From NCBI GenBank assembly GCA_951406725.2, contig OX597819.1, forward strand, positions 93,682,001 to 93,746,000: 64,000 nucleotides of DNA, written 5' to 3'. The DNA is from Octopus vulgaris (Eukaryota). Positions 41,001 to 55,375 of this stretch are shown here, in pieces (the stretch's first letter is position 1; each line of letters starts with the position of its first letter). The position numbers and the translations under genes were made by a program. The notes beneath the pieces are model-generated. The model was not told where the DNA came from. It was given only the letters and a program-made list of their open reading frames with translations, and did no database searches.

Positions 41001-41312
41001 CCTCGCTTGGCAACAGGTGGGGGTTGGCGTCAGGAAGGGCATCCGGCTGTAGAAAACTTGCCACATGCTTAGCGCTGTGCATATGTACATACATTTTGTA
41101 GGCCCAGACATGGCTGTGTGGTTAGGGAGCTTTCTTCCTAGCTACATGGTTTCGGGTTCAGCCCCAGCACGTGGCACTTTGGGCGAGTGTCTTCTGCTAT
41201 AACCCCGGGCCGACCAAAACCTTGTGGTTGAATTTGGTAGGCAGAAATTACTGTCGTGTGTGTATATGTACGTGTGAGTGCTTGTGCCTCTCCGACAAAG
41301 AGAGAGAGGGAT

Positions 41313-41367
<55 letters not shown>

Positions 41368-43653
41368 TGTATAGATGGATATACACATATGCATAGATAT
41401 TAATTCATTTGTTTTGCATGCAGGCATTGGATAGATGGATATTATTAATGAGGTATTGTTTTACACCATGATATCCTTCATTTTTCTAATCATCAACTGC
41501 TTTTCAGCTAAACAATTACATGTACACACATATAATGAATGAACATGACTGATTCGAGACTAAACCATAACCACACCAATAATATCAAAACACTGTACTA
41601 CAATGATCTGTTTTAGGAACCCCTATCTATGTACACAATCTGCTAGAATAGCAAGCAAATCTTCATAACAAACAATAGCACATTGGATAATGCAGGCCTA
41701 GAATATTGTGTCTCAATAAAAAACTTATCTTTGATATTAATTGGTTAAAATTCAACTCAATAATTATGTGACAAAATTAATGAATCCCTAAGGCAGTGAG
41801 TTGACAGAATCATTAGCGTGCCAGGTAAAAGGCTTAGCAGCATTTCATCTGTCTTTACATTCTGAGTTCAAATTCTGCTGAGGTCAACTTTGCCTTTCAT
41901 TCTTTTAGAGTCAGTAAGTATAAGTTGGATGCTGGCCTTATGCCAAAATGTGAAATCAGTATTGAACTATCACAGCCAACAATTTTGTGAATCATCATTG
42001 AGTCCATTTGTAGAATTACTAATCATAGTAAAAGCCAGTCTTCATCCATGAATGAGTATGACTTGGTAACATGTGCCTCTGTAATCACCAGCAGATGTTG
42101 ACATCCTATACACTCTTCCATCCTTTCATCCAGAAGCGCATCTTGGGTGTGATAGCTAGAATGAGAGAGAAATAGCAAGAAACATAGGTAGATAGATAGA
42201 TAGACGGATAGAATTGTGTAAAAAAAGTGAGAAAGAGAGAGAACGATAACTGAAATAGAACTTTGCTATTACTAATTTTCAATTGAGTACAATGGAGCAA
42301 CATGAAATAAAGTGTCTTGCTCAAGGTCACAACATGCTACCCAGTCCTGAAATTGAACCTATAAGACTATGGTCATAAACTGAACACTCTATCCACTATG
42401 TCAGGCATCTTAGTGCAAAATAAATATTAGTTAAGATTAGTTCTGACTAGATACAGCTTGTTAATGAAAATGACTCATGGAAAACACAGACACTCTGGAA
42501 GCATGAATATTCAGTAAATAGTATGGAAGATATTCCAGATCCTGTATTAATATAATCTATGACAGGAAGGGCATCAATCTCTAAACCATTGTAGCTAAAT
42601 GTCTGGATATTATTATCATGTCATTCACTTCCTCAAATAAACAGAGGAAATTGGGAGCAATTTTTAAAAAAGATTGTTATAATAGCTAAAGTTGAAGTTT
42701 AATGGACGTTGAAAGAACTAGTTGCTTTGGAAATAAAGTTCTTCTTTACAAGGCTGTTGTGGTTGTATGCATGTGTGGGAGAGGTTGGTTAAACATCTGG
42801 AATATTCAATATGGCCCGTGATAGAAAACAGACAAAGAAAATATTCAGCTGAGATTTAGACATGACATCATTATTTTAATTCACCTATCTAGGGAAATAT
42901 GCTGTCCATATGCAGTCCCAAATAGTGAGGTTCTTTTCCCATCAAGATTTATTTGTATTCCATTGATAATATATCAGCTCCTATACACACACACAATCCA
43001 TGCTCCAGTATAGCCTTCAATGTTATGCATAAAACATACTAACAACTTAGGAACAGAAACAGAAAGTACTTATTCACTCTTCTTAGTGATATTACACTGC
43101 ACTAAGGTGGCAAGCAGACAGAATCATTGGCACTCCAGGTAAAATGCTTAATAGCATTTCTTCCATTTTTATGCTCTGAGTTCGAATGCTACCAAGGTTG
43201 ACTTTGCCTTTCATCTTTCTAGAGTCCATAAAATAAGTACCAGTTGACTTAACCCCGAACTTACTGGCCTTATGTCCAAATCTGAAACCAATATTATACT
43301 GTGCTAATGCACCAACCTGGTAGAATTGTTTGCATACTGAACAAAATGCGTTGTGGTATTTCATCTGTCTTTATACTCTGGGTTCAAATTCCACTTGGGT
43401 CAACCCTGCCTTTCATTCTTCTGGGGTAGATAAAACAAGTATCAGTTGAACACAAGAGTCACTGTAATCAACATACCTGCTCCCCAGAAATTGCTGGCCT
43501 TGCATCAAAATTTGAAATCAGTATTACTCTCCACTTGATACTGGTTAAGGATTATACCACCACCACCAGCTGCAGCTGCAGCACTTTCACTTCCACTTCT
43601 AGCAGGTCAGATGTCCTGTTATGGCCATCTCTTATGTGTTTAAATATACACTG

Positions 43654-43700
<47 letters not shown>

Positions 43701-43717
43701 CACTCACACACACACAC

Positions 43718-43774
<57 letters not shown>

Positions 43775-43850
43775 GCTCACACACACACATATGCACATAG
43801 TTCGTTTGCCACTACACACATTTTTTTTTCTCTCCTTGTTTTCTGTGTCC

Positions 43851-43886
43851 CTTTCTGTTTAAGAGCGTAGGCTTGAAACGTAAAAG
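43851..43886 (+). ncRNA. Hammerhead-like relic in a Penelope-like terminal module (module ends at (TA)n at 43981)
   Basis: CTTT CTGTTTA A GAGC gtag GCTT GAAA CG TA AAAG; stems I and II pair, ACGT palindrome, CTGANGA box mutated. Confidence 0.5.
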
Positions 43887-44319
43887 ACTTTTTCTATTCC
43901 TGAGCGTTACACTAATACATCTGTTTGTTTTTTACACCACCTGTCTTCATCTTTTGTTATTTTCTTTCGTAAACTCTCCCTATATATATATATATATACA
44001 TACAATGGCCTTACTTCAGTTTCCATCAAACAAATTCACTCACAAGGCTTTGGTCAGCCCAATGTCAAAGTAGAAGACACTTGCCTGCACAAGGTGCCAT
44101 GCAGTAGGACTGAACCCAAAACCACATGGTTAGGAAACAAACTTCTTAAGTACACACCCATGCCTGCTCTTCTACATATTTCAAAAATCTTCCTGCTGCC
44201 TACAAATGTTCAAAAATGCATGTTACTACCACATGCACACACCCATGGTATGTGAATACTTATGGTGTGGAAAATATGTATTTTGATTCATGCAAACATG
44301 GAAGTATAAATACAAGAAA

Positions 44320-44705
44320 TGATGAAAACAATAACACCGATGATGATAATGGCCATGACAATGATGGTGATGATGATGATGATGACGACGACAACAAGAG
44401 CGATGATGATGATAACGACCATGACAATGATGATGATGATGATGTTGATGAGGATGATGATGATGACGATGGCGACGCTGATGATGATGACCATGACGAT
44501 GGTGATTGGGATGATGAGAATGATGGTGATATTGATGGAGGTGGTTGTTGTGATAGTGGTGGTGGTGGTGGTGGCAGTGGTGATGGTGGTGGTGTTGTTG
44601 TTGTTGGTTGTAGTAGTAGTAGTGGTGATGATGGTGATGATGGCAATGATGATGATGATGCAGGTAATGGCGATGGCAATGATGAGAATGGTGATATTAA
44701 TGACG
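44320..44705. repeat. Compound (GAT/GAC/GGT)n trinucleotide tract
   Basis: Directly visible; explains the Asp/Met/Ser/Ile-rich ORFs in several frames. Confidence 0.92.
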
Positions 44706-44926
44706 TCACCAAACCCACATGCACATGGCATGGCAAACACATATTGTGAAGAAAACTTGATTTAATCCATGAAAACATGGAAATATAAACACTACCTGAA
44801 ATGTTGATAATGATGTTAATGAAGAGGAGGGGGAGGAAGCTGGTGATATCTATCTATATTTGCATTAATTTTCGATTTAACGGTTACAATAATGTGAAAC
44901 CAGAGTGACAAGTCAAATGCTTTACC

Positions 44927-44972
44927 AGTGAGCTGAAGATGTATTTTTATCCGAAACAATCAATGTCCTATT
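44927..44972 (+). ncRNA. Hammerhead ribozyme candidate (intact core, weak stems)
   Basis: agtgag CTGAAGA t GTAT tttt ATCC GAAA CA atcaa TG TC ctatt. Confidence 0.35.
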
Positions 44973-46382
44973 TTCAGCTTGACATTAACAAATCAGACTT
45001 AATTAGATACTAAATAACTGTGCGGCTAGATAGAATCAACTTTGCAGTGTTCTTTTTTTTTTTTTTTTGTTTGTCTTTTCTTTTTTTTTTTTTGTTTCTC
45101 TTTTGTCTATGTTACTGCATCTAATTATCTAGTCTAACATCTTTATGTATGTGATTATTACAGAAAGTTCCTTCAGGGTAGTGGGGGATATCAATACACT
45201 GGAAATGTTCATTAAAAGTATTTACTTAATGATTTCATTTACGCATTAAAGAATTCCAAAGAAATATGAATCTTTTACTCTGTAATTCTAATTAGTTATT
45301 GAATAATTGCTACAGCTGATGGCTTGTGAGTTTGTATATAAATATATATTATTTTTTATCATATTATCCGATGAAGACAGTATCTGTAAATAATCCATGG
45401 GGATTTCTTCAATCAGAAAGGGAAGCAAGAAGGAATGAGAGGGTTTGTGTTTTCAGAACTTAGTATAACACAAGAGCATATGGAATGGGAGGGAGTTCTG
45501 TCAGAGGCTAAATCTTGAAATGAAGATCTTTCAGGTAATGCCCAATATGGACTTCAGATATCATCATTGTCATTGTCACATTCATCCTCCTCCTCCTCAT
45601 CATCATCATCATCATCATATGTCTCTCTTTCCATGCTGGCATTGATTGAATGAGTTTCCTGATGCAATTTTTCCCTGTTGCCACTCACTCTTAATGACCT
45701 TATGACAAGGATATATATACTCTGCCTGCTCAAAAGTTGGGATATGTATAGCACAGTGTTTAAAAATATAGAAAAAAACCCAGAAAAAACAAACAGAGTA
45801 TGAATGATGAGAAGCATAAAAGTAAGTTTATTGAGTGAATTCTTTGGAAAGATGAAGAAGAATGAGAAAGTGTTTATGACAAAAATATGTCTTACAGAGA
45901 CTTTGAACTAGTCTAGAATACAGGTTCCCAGACAAGTTTATCTGTTGAAAAAGGCTGGTTTGACTGAATAATGAAGAAGTCTGAATTAATTTTGCTATAT
46001 CTAAATTCCCATGATTATTGACAGAAAAGCAGCTTTAGAGGATTGTTCTAGAATGTCTGCTGCTGAGCTGAAATCTATTTCTGTAAAGAATTATGTCATT
46101 GATCATATGCATCGGATTCCCTAAAGAGAAAGACAAAACAACCATGCCAAAGATCTATAAGTGTAGGTATGGTTGTGTGATTAAGAAGTTCACTTCCCAA
46201 CCCACATGGTTTCAGGTTCAGTCCTACTTCATGGCACCTTTGCAACTGTCTTATTATTAACTGAGTTAATTATTTACTGGTTTTTAGACATTTGAAGTAA
46301 AAACAAATTCTTCACCTGCTTCTGACCTCTACAAAAGATGAATGAACTAACCCCATGTTGAAAGCAAAACATTCAGTTAAAT

Positions 46383-46650
46383 CAATGGTTCCTAGACTTA
46401 TTCAGGCTGCTTCCCCCTTAGCACCTAGGCCACATTTCTAGGCACCCCCAACCCCGACACACACACAATTCAAAACAACTGTATTTCACAAATAAAAAAA
46501 CTTAATCTAATTAACCCATTTTTTGTTGATTTTAAATCTGTTGTCCCCTTTTGGCCATTCCATTATCACCCCACTTTTCTTCAGTGCCTCCCCTAGATCT
46601 TTCCACCACCTCAAGGGGGTGGACAGTACCACCTACTTTGGGAACCACTC
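46383..46650. mobile_element. hAT-type MITE
   Basis: Ends CAATGGTTCCTAGA / TTTGGGAACCACTC; perfect 8-bp TSD AGTTAAAT at 46375-46382 and 46651-46658. Confidence 0.85.
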
Positions 46651-46749
46651 AGTTAAATTCTTCTTCAAGTAACCACAAATGAGATGCAATTTACCTCGAG
46701 TTTGAAAAACCTCTGAACCACATTAACTTTGGTAGATCCTTAATTTCTT

Positions 46750-47230
46750 CTTGTGTGTCTCTGTGAATAACATCAATGTAGTTTAGTGGTCTTCATCCTC
46801 TACTAGGATGCTGAAGACTTACACATATAACATTTGATATGGCCTGTTGTTCAACATGATGACAGTAGCCAATAAAGTTGACTGTGAACTGAGCACAAAT
46901 AGTTGAGATGGGGTGAAATGTGTTTATAAATTTCTATATTGATCGTGTGCTCATGCCATGTGATATTTTGAGCATTCAAGGAAAGCTCATCTTGGTGATC
47001 CTTTTCCATAGTTCAGCTTTTAGTGCCATAAAATGAATGCTATCTACACATGCCTGGAAGAAGCCAGCCTTGCTGCTAAGTATTCGATTGTAGAATGACC
47101 ACTATATGCATGGTGAAGGCTGTGATATACTCAGCTTTCAAATAATGGTATGCAAACAGACATGAGGGCTGCCTATTTGTCAGTTCACCTTGCAAACTCA
47201 TATGCACGCATGCACGTGACCATGCACATA
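46750..47230 (-). mobile_element. Decayed RTE-clade LINE 3' fragment
   Basis: Minus-strand pieces FFQACVDSI, MLKIS/WHEHTINIEIY, FIGYCH, PLNYIDVIHRDT, in the order expected for an RTE ORF C-terminus. Confidence 0.55.
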
Positions 47231-47337
47231 CATGCAAACAAAAAATGGCTATTTTTTTATGGTCAGCTTCCAACTCGGGCTGCAACAACAAAGTCCACCC
47301 ACCACACTTCTTTGTCCAACAGCACTACCTCAAGGTC

Positions 47338-47555
47338 CTAGATACATTCCAGGGCTGTGTCTGCAACCAAGTTGTCAATGTAAGTGTGACGATGTTTTCT
47401 TCTTCTTACATCACCATGAAGTGGGTTCCACAAGACTAATTTGGGTGTTTCCACTTCAGGGAATTGTACGCAGTGACCAGATAGTCTCAGCTGTCTTTGC
47501 CTGATCTTCTCGCTAACTTTCAGCAGGTCTACAAATAGGCATTCATTTGTCATAT
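47338..47555 (-). mobile_element. RTE-clade LINE 3' fragment
   Basis: KVSEKIRQRQLRLSGHCV...KLVLWNPLHG...TYIDNLVADTALE. Confidence 0.75.
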
Positions 47556-48397
47556 GTTGCTAAAATCAGGAGAGAAAAGGATTGAAATAGAAATTTTGGC
47601 CAATATTTACCACAAGCTATTATTGGATTCATAGTGTTATTCATAAATTAAAAATTAGTTTGAGTTAGCACAAAGAACATAACAGAACTGTTATTTATTT
47701 GTGATATTTCCACTAAGAATCTAACCAAAAATGTGTCTTCATTATTTTTAAACATCTCAATGTCTTGTAAACTGTGGCATGTTATGTTAAGATTATAGAG
47801 AGCAATGAGTTGTTGGGATGAATTTATCTGTCATATTTTCTTGTATTCTAACAAATCATACTTGACAATTGAATTTAAGTAAATCTACTTCAAGTCTTCA
47901 ATATTTCTTCAACAAAACTGATGGGAGGATAGGCTTGTGCTGTTACACAGGTAATAGTGAGTTAGTTTTGTTTTGTTTTTGGTTTTTTGGGGGGGAAGGG
48001 TGCTTCTTTTTTCTTTTCTTTTTTTTTTTATTTCATGACAAAATTAGCGATTTCAGAGAAAGGACAAAACTTAATTTTCCTTTTACGTTACCTTTTTGAT
48101 CTTTGCTGTCCTTGCGTTTGCAGTTATATTAAAGAAATTTCTAAAAGAAAATAAAAAAAAATGGGGGAAAAACAAAAGAAAAGAAAAAATAGCTAAAAAT
48201 ACCCCCTTTGTAAGATGCAGGTATGGCTGTGCGGTTAAGAATATTGCTGCGCAACCACATAATTTTCGGTTCGGTCGCACCACACAACATCTTGGACAAG
48301 TATCTTCTATTGATAACCCTTGATCAACCAGTGCCTTGTGAGTGAATTTAATAGACGAAAATTGTGAGGGAGTCTGTCATATATATATATATGTATG

Positions 48398-48432
<35 letters not shown>

Positions 48433-50434
48433 ATTCTGTGCATTCAATGAACAATGAGGTTTATTGATCAGGTAAAAATAGTGGAATGTCTTTACCATTT
48501 AACCTTTTTAAGGTGTGCCAAAGTCTATTTCAGCTGTAATGCTGTTAAGAGTTTGCAAGTTATCTCCCACTCACACTTGATTGCAGCTATCATAAGCCTT
48601 TTCTCATTTGAAACTTTGACCCCCAAACACTGAATATCAATGAAACAGTAAATCAAAGTGGTGAAATCTCCATTGACACTGAATCTGCTAGAATTAACAA
48701 TCAAGTGAAAGAAAGAAAGACAGGTGTGACATGACTGTGTGTCAAGACGTTTGCTCCCCAACTACATGGTTCCAGGTTCAGTCCCACTGTGTAGTACCTT
48801 GGACAAGTGTTTTTCTACTATAGCCTTGGGCCAGACAAAGCCTTCTGGGTGGATTTGATTGACAGAAACTGAAAAAAGTCTGTGAGTGTCTTTGTGTTTT
48901 TGTTTGTCCCACACCACATGACAACTGGTGTTGGTGTGTTTACATTTCCATAACATAATGGTTTGGCAAAAGGGACTGACAGAATAAGTACCAGGCTTTA
49001 AAAAGACAAAAGGATGATGATAGGAAGTGCCTGCTGTTGTAAATCTGTTCCTTCAATGCTGACTTGAGGCTAAACATCAACAGTAATTAACCACTGCTAT
49101 ATTGATGCAATATCTAATGTGATGGATGTGTCTAAGCAAAGTACTTATTTATGCCTTAGTCAGTTATACTATTGAAAATTAGTTATCCCCAGTAATCGGA
49201 TATGTATCATCGATTCTTAGATCATACACTTCACTCAATGGTTAAGAAGTCCACTTTATAATTATGTGATTTTATGTTCAGTTCCTGTAAGCAGATTCTT
49301 GAGTGTCTTCTATCATTCCTTCAGGTTGACTAAAACCTTGTGAATAAAAATTGGTAAAGTGAAACTATGTGGAAACCTGCCAGAAGAACAGAATATTCTT
49401 GGGTGGTATGCTTAATCTGTCCTCTAGTTTAACACCACACTCTTGGTTGCCTTTAGTTGAGTTTGTTCTATTATAAGCATTTAGGCTAGATCTCTGATCT
49501 GAAGATATTTTGTTGTCTTCTCATCAGTCTCAGAGACTCTCAAAAAGATAATGCCTGCAAACCATTTAAAAAGCGAAAAAGCTAGTTAATGTTTAGCCAT
49601 CTGCAACATTATATGACCAACAATACAAGCAAACACCAGCCTCAATTCCAACAGTCATTTTTTTAACCGTCTTTGATTGAAATTTACAGCTTCTGCGCTA
49701 TGTCAATATTCTGAGCACAGTTTTATTCTCAAGATTAGATAATTGGATATCTCACTGATTATAAGATGAGTGAATGATTGAAGCATGTGATATCATATAT
49801 AGTCAGTTTGATGAGAAGCAGATAGTAAGCTTTATGAGATAATTTACTACATTTTTTTAATGTAAATAAATGCTTTGGCACTTAACAAACTTAGTATCAT
49901 ACCATAGGCTGCACACCACTTAAAAAAGTGCCAGCCTCAATCATTATTTTCAAAGTAGTGTGTATCATTGAAAAGTTGTTTTATTTCCTTAGTTTTCACC
50001 TTTTATGAGAATTTGGTTTCTTATTGAAATAAGTCCAAAAAGAAGAATTGTTGTTATTGCTTTTGCTGAGAGTTTTAGTACTTTCCAATATAACTAAGTT
50101 GACTGATATTAGTGCTTTGAATTAATAGCAATAGTGTATCAGATCACCTGATTACCTATCAAAGTACGCAAAGTGTTTCAAATTTGAGAATTACTACTTA
50201 GTAGATGCATACTCATTAATCATACAACAGTGATAGGATATTTTCTATGATTAACGTGCACTAAGAATAATAGTAAGAGGAACAGTTTAGTGTTAAGGCT
50301 AATCCATAACTCTTGAGAATGTCCATTACTTTCATCATAGAAAAAGAAACTGTAATATAGAAAATGTGTTCAAGACCGAGCACTGTAAAACAAATTACCA
50401 CTTGTACATAATTCTTCATTCTTCCTAAGATATA

Positions 50435-50838
50435 CAAGTGGGTGCTGAAAAGTTCCTGGCTTTGGGTAAAAGAAAACATTGGAGGATCTGTTAATTATGA
50501 TTTTATTCAACATATTCTCCTCTCAGATTCACACACTTATTGCAGTGGTCCTTCTGTTTTCTAAGCCCTGTAAAAGAACACAGGAGGTTGGACCTTTAAC
50601 CAGGACTTTTGCAATACCCTATGGACAGGTGCTGAAAAGTTCCTGGCTTTGGGTAAAACAAAACACAGGAGAATCAGTTAATTATGATTTTATTCAACAT
50701 ATTCCCCTCTTAGATTCACACACTTATTGCAGTGGTCCTTCTGTTTTTCTATGCCCCGTAAAAGAACTTGGAACATTGGGCCTCCAAACAGGTCTTTCAC
50801 AATACCCCTAAGACCAGAAACTTTTCAGCACTCCCTCA
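50435..50838. mobile_element. Tc1/mariner-type MITE with an internal 187-bp tandem duplication
   Basis: TA|caagtgggtgctgaaaagttcctgg ... ccagaaacttttcagcactccctca|TA; ggtgctgaaaagttcctggctttgggtaaaa at 50441 and 50628. Confidence 0.85.
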
Positions 50839-51527
50839 TATATATAATCATGACCATCAATATTTTTTTTTAAATGGGTATGAGCATGGCTGTGTGGTTA
50901 CAAAGTTTGCTATGCAACCATAGGATTGTAGGTTTGATCCTACTGCAGAATACCAATAGTAAATGTCATGTATAATAACCTTCAGTTGACCAATATCATC
51001 TGATTGGAATTTAAAGTTGGAAACTGTTTGGAATTCATTGTGTGTGCAGTACTGGTGCTACACAGTAGAAAAACAAGGAAATTGCCAAGGGAGTTAAAGT
51101 CTGGAGATGCCACATTAGCAATTTTTTTTATATAACTGAAAAGCATAAAATCTCAGTAATAAAGAGAACAGAAGTCCCTCTCAAAACAAAGATGCAATGA
51201 TGCAAGGAAAACAGGAGAGTCTTCTGGTGTTATGACCATCACAATTTAGAAATTTTTACAGATTTACTCGGTGATGAATATGATAATAATACCATGGGTT
51301 TTTTGTGCACAAGTAAATTATAATTTTGCATTTGGATTTTTCAGCAAAGGATGGTGGTTGGAAGAATAGATGCACATTGTAAGGCTGGAAAAAAAAGGCA
51401 TACATTGCAGAAGTGGCCTACTTACTGAATATTTTGTTACCGACCCTGAGTGAGTGAGAGTGTGTATGAATGCATGCACACACAACACAAACACACACAA
51501 ACACATAAATATATAATATATATGTTT

Positions 51528-51671
<144 letters not shown>

Positions 51672-53329
51672 GTATATCTATCTATCTATATATATATATA
51701 TATACATATATATATTTCTGAGTGACAATTATTTTCAAGTGAACACATCATTCATTGTTTAACTTCTGCTTTATTTAAGGCAGAATTCTAAGCAGAATTG
51801 CCCTTCCATTTCCAACCTTTACTTCACGCACACACACACACACACATACACACACACATACATACACACACGTATGTACATGCATATATACGTACATATA
51901 TGATGAGCTTCCTACATTTTCCGTCTATCAAATTAATGTGCAAGGCCTTTGAACCCAGCATTAATGAAGAAAATATTTACCCATGATGCCATGCAGTGAG
52001 ACTGACTCCAAAATCACATAGTTGCAAAACAAATTCCTTAACCACAGAGCCACACTCACACAACTCCTTTAATAAGATTTAACTTATCAGAAGAAATAAT
52101 AACCATTTAAAATCTAGATTGCATCACAATGCTTTCTAGATTGATTATTGTAAAGCAATAATTTTCTCAATCAATAGAATTTTTTTTTATCATTAACTTT
52201 GTTTTATCCTAAGATTAGTTTTCTCCCTTCAAATTCTCTTTACCAGAGAAACAGACAGACTGACAGACAGAAAAAATTCCACACAATTAAAATGGCAGTT
52301 TGACCTGGAACTTTGAGAAATGTAATTTGAATTCTGACATTAATTGGACAGGTCTGAATCATCTCCCATATAATTTTATGAGCATCAAAAAACATTGCTA
52401 AAGTAAGCATTATTCCAGGTGAAGCAACATTCAGAGTTATTTGGTCTCATGCAGAAATAGCAGAAGCTACTCAACAATTTTGTAAGCTCTATAGCCATCA
52501 CAATGTCAAAAACCTTTCTGTATCATCAGCAGGCATTTCAGGATTTGAAATGTTTTGTCTCTAAGGACAATTTAGTCCTCAGTACTTGAGTAGTAAGGAC
52601 TGAATTAGTTGTTGCTCGAATGGTTTTATCTGCAGTCTTTTATAAATCACAACCATTGAGCCATAAGATTACCAATAAGAATTTTTTTGCACAATAAAGT
52701 TCCAATTCCTGGGGAGTGGGGTGAGGCCTTTAGAGCTCACAAAGGTAACAAGGATTCACAAAATGTCAAGAGAGTACTAAGGAGGGCATCAGGTGTTTTA
52801 AGCGGTTGTGATATTTCTTAAAAATAAAATATTTATGCCAGGTAGAAGAGATACCCTTTAAATATTTTTTTTAATTCCTCATCAAATGTCAATGGGCTGG
52901 GTCCTAAATAGAGCTCTTGGTATTTAGAGATGTCGTGATTTTTTTTAGAAATGAAATATTTAAGACAGGAACAAAACTCACCTTTTAAATACATTTATAA
53001 AAAAGATTCTATGAGGTAATTTGAATATGAGTTGTTTTACCAGTGAGATGAAACATGACTTATGACAAGCCAAGATCTGATACAATTTCATTCTGAGATC
53101 TCATGTTCTGCAGTAATATCCATAACAATTTAAAATAGGGGACATTAATCCATGCAAATCTCTAAAAGGAAGTACATACTGAATGCAGAAATATAAGAAG
53201 ATATAGATTATGAACCACTGTGCAAAATTAGCCGTGAATAGCATGCAGAGTAGAATGCAAAGGAGACAGAAATGTGAAAAGTAAAAGAGCCTTAAAGAGG
53301 GAAGTATGCATAGGCATGTGAGATGTAGT

Positions 53330-53450
53330 TTGACGAATTTCAGCAAGCATGGAATTTTTGAAGGATGCAGTGTTCTGTGGCAGCTAATAACTGTCATGAG
53401 TAGTTTATTCTATGCATTGTCAATTCTGGTGACAATAAAATGCTTCTAAA
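53330..53450 (-). mobile_element. CR1-type LINE 3' ORF-end fragment
   Basis: aagcatggaatttttgaaggatgcagtg matches 62258-62286 of the CR1 copy. Confidence 0.6.
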
Positions 53451-53456
53451 AGTCAT

Positions 53457-53673
53457 GGAATTACAACCGTGTTTCGTGGTCTGCTACCACAACAGTGCCT
53501 TTATAAGATCCAGTTAGCTCAAGACATCATCAGGAAGAACCACGTCTGGTTTCGGCCCCTACTCCTCTACCGTTTTGACGTGGTGCCCCCACCACTTCGG
53601 AGGTGTCTTCAGCTCTGGTGTTGGGTGCATGTCTTCTTTCTTCTGTTCCCTGGCCTCTTTGATGTATCATCAG
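53457..53673 (-). mobile_element. Unclassified ~220-bp element, copy 2
   Basis: Homologous to 34678-34911. Confidence 0.75.
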
Positions 53674-54912
53674 TTTTTATACAGTTTTTTTTATTTTATT
53701 TTATGAACATATCTTAAAAAAGTAGAAAAATTCTTTTCTACTCTAGGCACAAGGCCCTAAATTTTGGGGGAGTGAGCCAGTTGATTAGATCAACCTCAGT
53801 ACGCAACGGATACTTAATTTATCGACCCAGAAACAATGAAAGGAAAAGTCAACCTGGGCAGAATTTGAACACAGAATGTAAAGACAAACAAAATACCACT
53901 AACATTTCTGCCAGGTCATTTCTGCCTAAAAGAAGTAGATATATTAAATTCTCAAAAGATGGCCTAAGTTGTTGTTGGAAACATGATAAATAATCTTGAG
54001 GGCTTCTACAAAATGAGCTGCTAGGAATCAAATCATTAGTGTGTCGAGTCAGTTTATATTGTCAAAATAATAATGGACTGGATCAAAGCTTGAATCTATG
54101 ACTGAAAGCTAACTAACCAAAAGTCCATACTTTAACCACCAAACTACAGTTTCTGTATTTGCACTGCATGCTACTATTGTACCTATATATACTCAAGTAA
54201 ATGTCTGCTTCAGAAACAATGCCTTGAAATAATGCCAAACCATTTCTTATGTAATATGTGATAAAACACATTTAGTTGCTATGTTTTACCATTACAATAA
54301 TTTCCTTCTTTTTTTTTTTTTTACCTTTTCTTAACTTTTGCTGCCACTCAAAATAGATTTCAATAATATGGCCATCATGGACTGGCTTAACAGTCTGGAG
54401 TGGTGGAAGAGTAGAGCTAGAAATATGTTTCAAGTTAAAGTTTGAGTGCCAAGTCCAAAAAATCTTCAGATAACTCTGACGCTTTTAAAAGAAAGCAAAA
54501 GTTTAGTTCTGACTTCTGATTGGTTGAAAAAGTAGGGAATATGAGAGAGAGAAAGAGAGACAGACAGACAAAGAGAGAGACAGAGAGAGAGAAAGAAAGG
54601 AAAATCCATTTTAAAATTCATTATTGACGACTGACCAAGAAGTCAAAATAGTTTTTTAACAGTTTTTTTTTTCTCATTTTTTTTTCCGGTTATTTTATGT
54701 TGAAATGTAAATCATTAGATGAGGCATTTCATCATCTTCAAGATGAAAGGAAATGTATTAGAGTCCAAATTCAGAGATTTGGGAGAGGAGAAAGAGTTTG
54801 AGCGAGAAAAAAACGGAGGGAGAGAAAAAGATAGAAGAGAAAGTTGGACAAGAGGGAGAAGAGGAAAAGAGGGAGAAGAAATAATGTAGATCTTTCTGAT
54901 CTTGAGATTGAT

Positions 54913-55115
54913 TACTGCTGCTGCTGTTGCTGCTGTAGTTGTAGTTGCTGCTGCTGATGTATTGTTGCTGTTACTACCACCACCACCACCACCACCACCA
55001 CTACTACTACTACTACTACTGCCACTGTTACTCCATCCACCACTACTAGTGACAGTGGTGGTGCTGGTGGTGCAAGGAATGCAGATGATGACAATGACAG
55101 CAGCAATGACGATGA
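54913..55115. repeat. Mixed trinucleotide tract (CTG/CCA/CTA/GGT/GAT)
   Basis: Directly visible. Confidence 0.85.
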
Positions 55116-55336
55116 GGAAAAGAATAAATTTTTTTATTCTTTAAATTTTTTCAGTCATTTGACTGTGGCAGTGCTGGAGCACTTCCTTTAGTCGAATAAA
55201 TCGACCCAAAGACTTATTCTTTGTAAGCCTAGTACTTATTCTATCAGTCTCTTTTGCCAAACTGCTAAGTAACAGGGACATAAACACGCTAACATCGCTT
55301 GTCAAGTGATGGTGGTGGGACAAAAAAGACACACAG

Positions 55337-55375
<39 letters not shown>

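Noticed and set aside
44216-44778. Asp/Gly-rich 177-aa ORF and overlapping Met-, Ser- and Ile-rich ORFs
   Set aside because: Compound (GAT/GGT)n microsatellite open in several frames on both strands; no domain or splice support
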